A stretch of 64,000 bases of DNA from Gemmatimonadaceae bacterium (lineage in GTDB: Bacteria > Gemmatimonadota > Gemmatimonadetes > Gemmatimonadales > Gemmatimonadaceae), in NCBI GenBank assembly GCA_051859245.1, contig JBHYGA010000008.1:32001-96000 (forward strand), written 5' to 3'. The position numbers were made by a program, and so were the translations under genes. A model generated the notes under the pieces. That model worked only from the letters and a program-made list of their open reading frames with translations, was not told where the DNA came from and did no database searches. Shown here one piece after another: positions 59,673-64,000 of this stretch; position 1 is the first letter of the stretch, and each line of letters starts with the position of its first letter.

Positions 59673-60497
59673 TTACGCGACGGCTTCCTTGCGGGCCAGG
59701 AAGGTACGGCTTCCGTTTTCGCGCGTGCGTTCCAAAGACACCTGCCAACCGCGATAACGCGCTTCCAACTCTTCGATTGGAATCACCACCGCACCGGTGG
59801 CCAGCTCTTCACCGTCGCGCACCACATCCGGATTCGCGCCCGTGGCCACAGTCTCCACAAGGTGCACGCCACCGTCTGCCGTTGCTTGCTGCAACACGGT
59901 GATGACGCGCGCACGATCACCAGGTGACAGCATGGCGAGCGACGCTGCACTGCACACCACCGCGTGCAGCTCGACATCAGGACTCCAACCGGCGAGGTCG
60001 GCACAGTAACCGCGCACACGATCAATCAGGCCGGCCTGCTGCGCTGCAGCGAGCACACGCTGCATGGCATCTGCGGCGGGATCCAGCGCTGTCACGGCGC
60101 AGCCATGCGCCGCAAGGAACAGCGCTTGCCCTTCGCGCGCAGCGCCAGCGACCAGCACGTGTCGATCCGGCGAGTGTTGCAGTTCGCGTACGAGCGCCGC
60201 ATTGGGATCGAGCCCCCAGTGTTCAGGGCGGCGATATTGCTCCAGTTCTTTGACGCGACGACGACGCCACGTGGAGTAACTGGGCAACCGCAGGCGACGC
60301 GAAATAATGCGGTCGACTTCCTGCCAGATCAGGATTTCCGTGAGCGCAACCTGCGCCTGTTCGGCGAGCGCTGCCACAGCCTCATCCCCAATCTTCAGGA
60401 TGTGGCTGCGTGGGATCGAGTCCTTGTAGTCCTCGATCTCGCGTTCGACGTATAGCTCGTATTCGTGCTTGAGCGAGCGCGGATTCTGGAAGGGCAT
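59673..60497 (-). CDS. class I SAM-methyltransferase-like protein with helical N-terminal extension
   Basis: ALFLAAHGCAVTALD, ADL..W, LQQATADGG resemble TehB-like fold; Gly-rich motif I degenerate. Confidence 0.6.
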   Translation of the reverse strand: MPFQNPRSLKHEYELYVEREIEDYKDSIPRSHILKIGDEAVAALAEQAQVALTEILIWQEVDRIISRRLRLPSYSTWRRRRVKELEQYRRPEHWGLDPNAALVRELQHSPDRHVLVAGAAREGQALFLAAHGCAVTALDPAADAMQRVLAAAQQAGLIDRVRGYCADLAGWSPDVELHAVVCSAASLAMLSPGDRARVITVLQQATADGGVHLVETVATGANPDVVRDGEELATGAVVIPIEELEARYRGWQVSLERTRENGSRTFLARKEAVA

Positions 60498-60622
60498 GCC
60501 CCATGTGGAAAGGTGTGGACAAATCATAGGTTACAATCAAAAATACGCAAGGGCACAACACGCATTTGACGTTCGTTTCACGCACGAATCATCACATTCT
60601 CACGTCATGACACCGAGGTGAC

Positions 60623-61441
60623 GTGCCCGAGTTACCAGAAGTCGAGCGGGCCACGCGATTGCTGCGCAACGCGCTCGAAGGCCGAACACTAATCGACGTG
60701 CGCACGCTGCATCCGTCCGCCGCTCGTTCGTTACCGCACACGGTGGCCCACTCGGTGCTCGGCCACGTCGTGACGGCGGTCACTCGACGCGCCAAATATC
60801 AATTGCTCACACTCGATGACGGGCGCGTGATCGAAGTGCACTTCAAGATGACGGGTGACTGGGCCATTGGTCCGGTGTCGCTTGAACCGCCCCCACTTGA
60901 ACGCGTGCGGCTCATTACGAACGACGGCACGCGCATCTCACTGGTTGACGGCCGAGCGTTTGCGGTGGTGCGTGTGCACGCGGCTGGCGCGGTGTTCTTG
61001 CCGCCGCTCGGGCTGGAGCCGCTTGATCCCGAATGGTCCGGCGCCGTGCTGCGCGACGCACTGTCGCGCAAACGTGGCCCGATCAAACCCGCATTACTGG
61101 ACCAGCAGGTTGTTGCGGGGCTCGGCAATATCTACGCCGCGGAAGCCCTGTGGGAGGCGCGCATTCATCCGCTCGCGCGCGCGAATCGATTGTCGGTGGC
61201 GCGAACCGAGCGGCTTGCTGATGCCGCGAGAGAAGTGCTCGAGCGCGCACCGTCGGCCCGGTACTACGGCAAACGAGCCACGGATAATGGCTATACCTAC
61301 GCGCTTGGCGACGGTGATGACGAATCGTGGAAGGTATACGACCGCGAAGGCGAGCCATGCGCGCGCTGCGGCGCGGTGGTGAAGCGCATGGAGCAGGCGG
61401 GGCGGAGTACGTACTACTGCGGCGGGTGTCAGCGGGTGTAG
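60623..61441 (+). CDS. mutM: formamidopyrimidine-DNA glycosylase
   Basis: PELPEVE, RRAKY, HFKMTG, LLDQ..VAGLGNIY, C-terminal Zn finger. Confidence 0.96.
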   Translation: MPELPEVERATRLLRNALEGRTLIDVRTLHPSAARSLPHTVAHSVLGHVVTAVTRRAKYQLLTLDDGRVIEVHFKMTGDWAIGPVSLEPPPLERVRLITNDGTRISLVDGRAFAVVRVHAAGAVFLPPLGLEPLDPEWSGAVLRDALSRKRGPIKPALLDQQVVAGLGNIYAAEALWEARIHPLARANRLSVARTERLADAAREVLERAPSARYYGKRATDNGYTYALGDGDDESWKVYDREGEPCARCGAVVKRMEQAGRSTYYCGGCQRV

Positions 61442-61455
61442 CAGTTGCCGTTCAA

Positions 61456-61674
61456 TGATTCGGTCATTCGGCCCAGTCGCGGGAGCCCACGGCCATTTGG
61501 CCTTTCGGCCTCGCCGTTTCGTACAGCGGCACACAGCACCAGTGCAATCCATTGAAATCGGTGCGACGCGATTCTTTAACGACGATTCGTACGTTCCGTG
61601 CGGCCTTTCGAAACTGCGAGGCCGAAAGGCCAAATGGCCGTGGGCTCCCGCTACTGGGCCGAATGACCGAATCA
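61456..61674. repeat. long-hairpin element, copy B
   Basis: ~58-bp near-perfect inverted arms between convergent mutM and rlmI-like genes; homologous to 49201-49416. Confidence 0.85.
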
Positions 61675-61709
61675 GAACAGCATGCTAATACAGCGTTCGC
61701 AGCTCGCCG

Positions 61710-62891
61710 CTACCCCACATCCTCCAACAACACGCCCTTCAGGTACCCGGTCTCCGGAATGGTGATCACCTCGGGATGATCAACGCCCTGTCCGGTGACG
61801 GCACGAATCGCGAAACGTCTGCCGCTATCTGCTGCCGCTGCTTGCAGCATCTCCAGAAACATCGCGCGATCCACGTGATGTGAGCAGCTTGCACTGAACA
61901 ACACACCGCCGGGTGCCAGCAACTTCATGGCCTGCACATTCACATCCTTGTAACCGCGCAGTGCACCGTTCAGCGAGGCGCGATTCTTGGCGAATGCTGG
62001 TGGATCCACCACGATCGTTTCAAAACGGCGGCCTTCGCGGTGCCACAGGCGCATGGTATCGAACGCATCGCCCACATGGGTGTGCAGATTGTCGTAACCA
62101 TTCAGCGCGGCGTTCGCTACGGCCCGCTCAAGCGCTGGCGCCGAAATATCGAGCGCCGTGACGTCTGTTGCGTTGCGCGCGAGATGCAGCGCAAACGAAC
62201 CGTGGTACGCAAAACAGTCGAGCGCGCGACCTCGCGCCAGCGAACCAATGAGAACACGATTGTCGCGCTGGTCAAGAAACGCACCCGTCTTCTGACCGTC
62301 CCACGGTGCGGCCAGAAATCGGACCCCATGCTCGACCACTTCAATCGTGCGCGGTACGGTGCCCATAAGCTCCACGGTTTCCCGCGGCAGTCCTTCGCGT
62401 GAACGCACCGCCGGATCATTGCGCGCGAGAATTCCTTCGCACGCCGTGTGCGCGACCAGTGCCGAAATGATCTGTTCACGGCACGCTTCGAGCCCGGCCG
62501 AGAGCAGTTGCACCACCAGCCAGCGATCGTACTGATCGACCACCAGCGACGGCAATCCATCGCCCTCGCCGTGAATGAGGCGACGCGCATTCGTGTGCGC
62601 ACCCACTCCACTGCGGCGAGCGATGGCCGCGCCAATGCGATCGTGCCACCAGGCGGCGTCAACGGTGCGGTCACTCGACGCGTCGATCAGACGCAGTGAA
62701 ATTTCAGATGCCGGACTCCACAAGGCCTGGCCAAGCGGTCGACCGTTCGACGCTTGCATGCGCACCACGCCGGCCGCCACTGTAGGTGCGGCCAGCACAT
62801 CACTCTTGAAGATCCACGGATGGCCGTGCGACAATCGTTGTTCGGCGCGTTTGTTCACTGTCGCCACCGACGGAAGATTCGGTCGGTTCAC
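61710..62891 (-). CDS. RlmI-like SAM-dependent rRNA methyltransferase
   Basis: GHPWIF PUA domain, GQKTGAFLDQRDNR, DPPAF, SCSHH, PET.YLK; GTGA overlap. Confidence 0.9.
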   Translation of the reverse strand: MNRPNLPSVATVNKRAEQRLSHGHPWIFKSDVLAAPTVAAGVVRMQASNGRPLGQALWSPASEISLRLIDASSDRTVDAAWWHDRIGAAIARRSGVGAHTNARRLIHGEGDGLPSLVVDQYDRWLVVQLLSAGLEACREQIISALVAHTACEGILARNDPAVRSREGLPRETVELMGTVPRTIEVVEHGVRFLAAPWDGQKTGAFLDQRDNRVLIGSLARGRALDCFAYHGSFALHLARNATDVTALDISAPALERAVANAALNGYDNLHTHVGDAFDTMRLWHREGRRFETIVVDPPAFAKNRASLNGALRGYKDVNVQAMKLLAPGGVLFSASCSHHVDRAMFLEMLQAAAADSGRRFAIRAVTGQGVDHPEVITIPETGYLKGVLLEDVG

Positions 62892-63742
62892 GCGGGGACC
62901 GACGAACGAAAAGACGGTGTGGCAGTCACAGAAGTCGGATTGTTCAGTCCCAGTTCGCACCAGGTGGCACGAGTTGAGAGTGTGTGTTGAAGGATCGCCT
63001 GATTGCGCGGGAGCGCTGCACGCGGTTGTTCAGGATGCCACAGGTGCCATGCTGCCGCGGCCAACTTTCGGGAGGCGCGTCGCACTCCGGTGTGCTGGAG
63101 ACGCGCGACAAACTCACTGTCTTCACGACCCCATCCGGTGATGGCTTCATTGAATCCGTTCACGCGCACGGCGTCGTCGCGCCAGAACCCCATGTGACAT
63201 CCGCGAATGCCACGTTCCGGATCATTGGGTACGCGCGCGAAGAGTGGCGTGAGCATGGGCACGTACCAACCGTTGGCACGATTGCGCACCTCGCGTTCAA
63301 ACGGGCCCACCCACGCACGCCCTGTTTGCAACAGCTGCTGCGTAAGCTGCGGCCCGATCAGTGCCCGACTGCCCTGCACAAACTCGCCGCGCCGCGCGCG
63401 GGTGATGTGTGCGCGCATGGCTTCAGGATGCAACAGGATATCGCCGTCGAGCTGCACGATATAGTCGCACTGCGTGGCACTGATGGCGCGATTGCGAATG
63501 GCACCGAGCCGAAACCCTTCGTCCGCGTGCCACACGTGTCGCAGTGGCACCGGAAAATCGTGCGCCTGCGCATCCACAAGTTCGGCCGTTTCGACTCCCG
63601 ATCCATCATCCGCAATGATCACTTCCGTGGGCAGCAACGACTGCCTGCGCAGCGCCGTGAGCACGAGCGACAGCGCGGCGGGCCAGTTGTACGTGGCCAC
63701 GATCACTGCACACGACGGCAGCCCCGAGCGGGAAGCGCTCAC
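62888..63742 (-). CDS. glycosyltransferase family 2
   Basis: ATYNWP, IADDGS, RNRA, DGD, VNGFNE...WGREDSE. Confidence 0.92.
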   Translation of the reverse strand: MSASRSGLPSCAVIVATYNWPAALSLVLTALRRQSLLPTEVIIADDGSGVETAELVDAQAHDFPVPLRHVWHADEGFRLGAIRNRAISATQCDYIVQLDGDILLHPEAMRAHITRARRGEFVQGSRALIGPQLTQQLLQTGRAWVGPFEREVRNRANGWYVPMLTPLFARVPNDPERGIRGCHMGFWRDDAVRVNGFNEAITGWGREDSEFVARLQHTGVRRASRKLAAAAWHLWHPEQPRAALPRNQAILQHTLSTRATWCELGLNNPTSVTATPSFRSSVPA

Positions 63743-64000
63743 GCGGACGTGGGCGCATGCGACGGCGTCGCGCCGCGCAATGTCATTCCAGCGTCGACGG
63801 CTGCACGCAGCGTGCGCGCCGCCAGCTCTGGATCAGGCTGCGACAACACCGCGCGAATCACCGACACGCCATCAAATCCGGCCGCCACAATGGGTGCGGC
63901 GTTGTCACTATCGATGCCACCAATGGCAACCGCCGGCCGCAACGCGGCGTGTGCCAATGCGGAGGCACCGGCAAGCCCCAATCCGTCGCCCGCGTCACTC
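63739..64000 (-). CDS. thiE: thiamine phosphate synthase, C-terminal part (start outside window)
   Basis: GL, P.VAIGGI..N, AGFDGVSVIRAV...DP. Confidence 0.85.
   Translation of the reverse strand, partial: SDAGDGLGLAGASALAHAALRPAVAIGGIDSDNAAPIVAAGFDGVSVIRAVLSQPDPELAARTLRAAVDAGMTLRGATPSHAPTSA

Overview
High-GC bacterial chromosomal segment. The gene repertoire (many M14/M28 peptidases, 6-bladed beta-propellers, a PorX-like regulator, a CarboxypepD_reg-plug protein) suggests Gemmatimonadota, which is my inference. Most of the window is housekeeping: feoA-feoB plus a small Cys-rich partner; a long minus-strand run yebC-ruvC-ruvA // ruvB-queA-tgt-yajC-def-fmt-rsmB-PASTA-rpe-TlpA-YbbR-like-tsaD-lgt; tyrS, PBP1A, an NtrY/NtrX-like operon, tdh-kbl, tldDE, mutM, rlmI-like and thiE. 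I saw no rRNA, tRNA, CRISPR array, transposase or integrase. Best candidates for undescribed biology: (1) a compositionally atypical module inserted between ruvA and ruvB, made of a secreted 6-Cys peptide, a dedicated DsbA-like oxidase and a divergent beta-propeller, with a G9 tract in the promoter spacer (possible phase variation) and a second G9 at a second beta-propeller locus; (2) two ~217-nt long-hairpin elements with compensatory base changes; (3) a DnaB-like protein lacking the Walker A lysine; (4) a DUF3299-type ABC permease with Met-Pro repeats and a His patch; (5) a 62-aa protein behind a complete sigma54 promoter (UAS, IHF site, -24/-12); (6) Tat-exported TldD/E and two histone-H1-like Lys/Ala modules. 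Many start codons were refined by hand using stop/start overlaps, Shine-Dalgarno (SD) sites or leaderless -10 boxes. No database searches were run.
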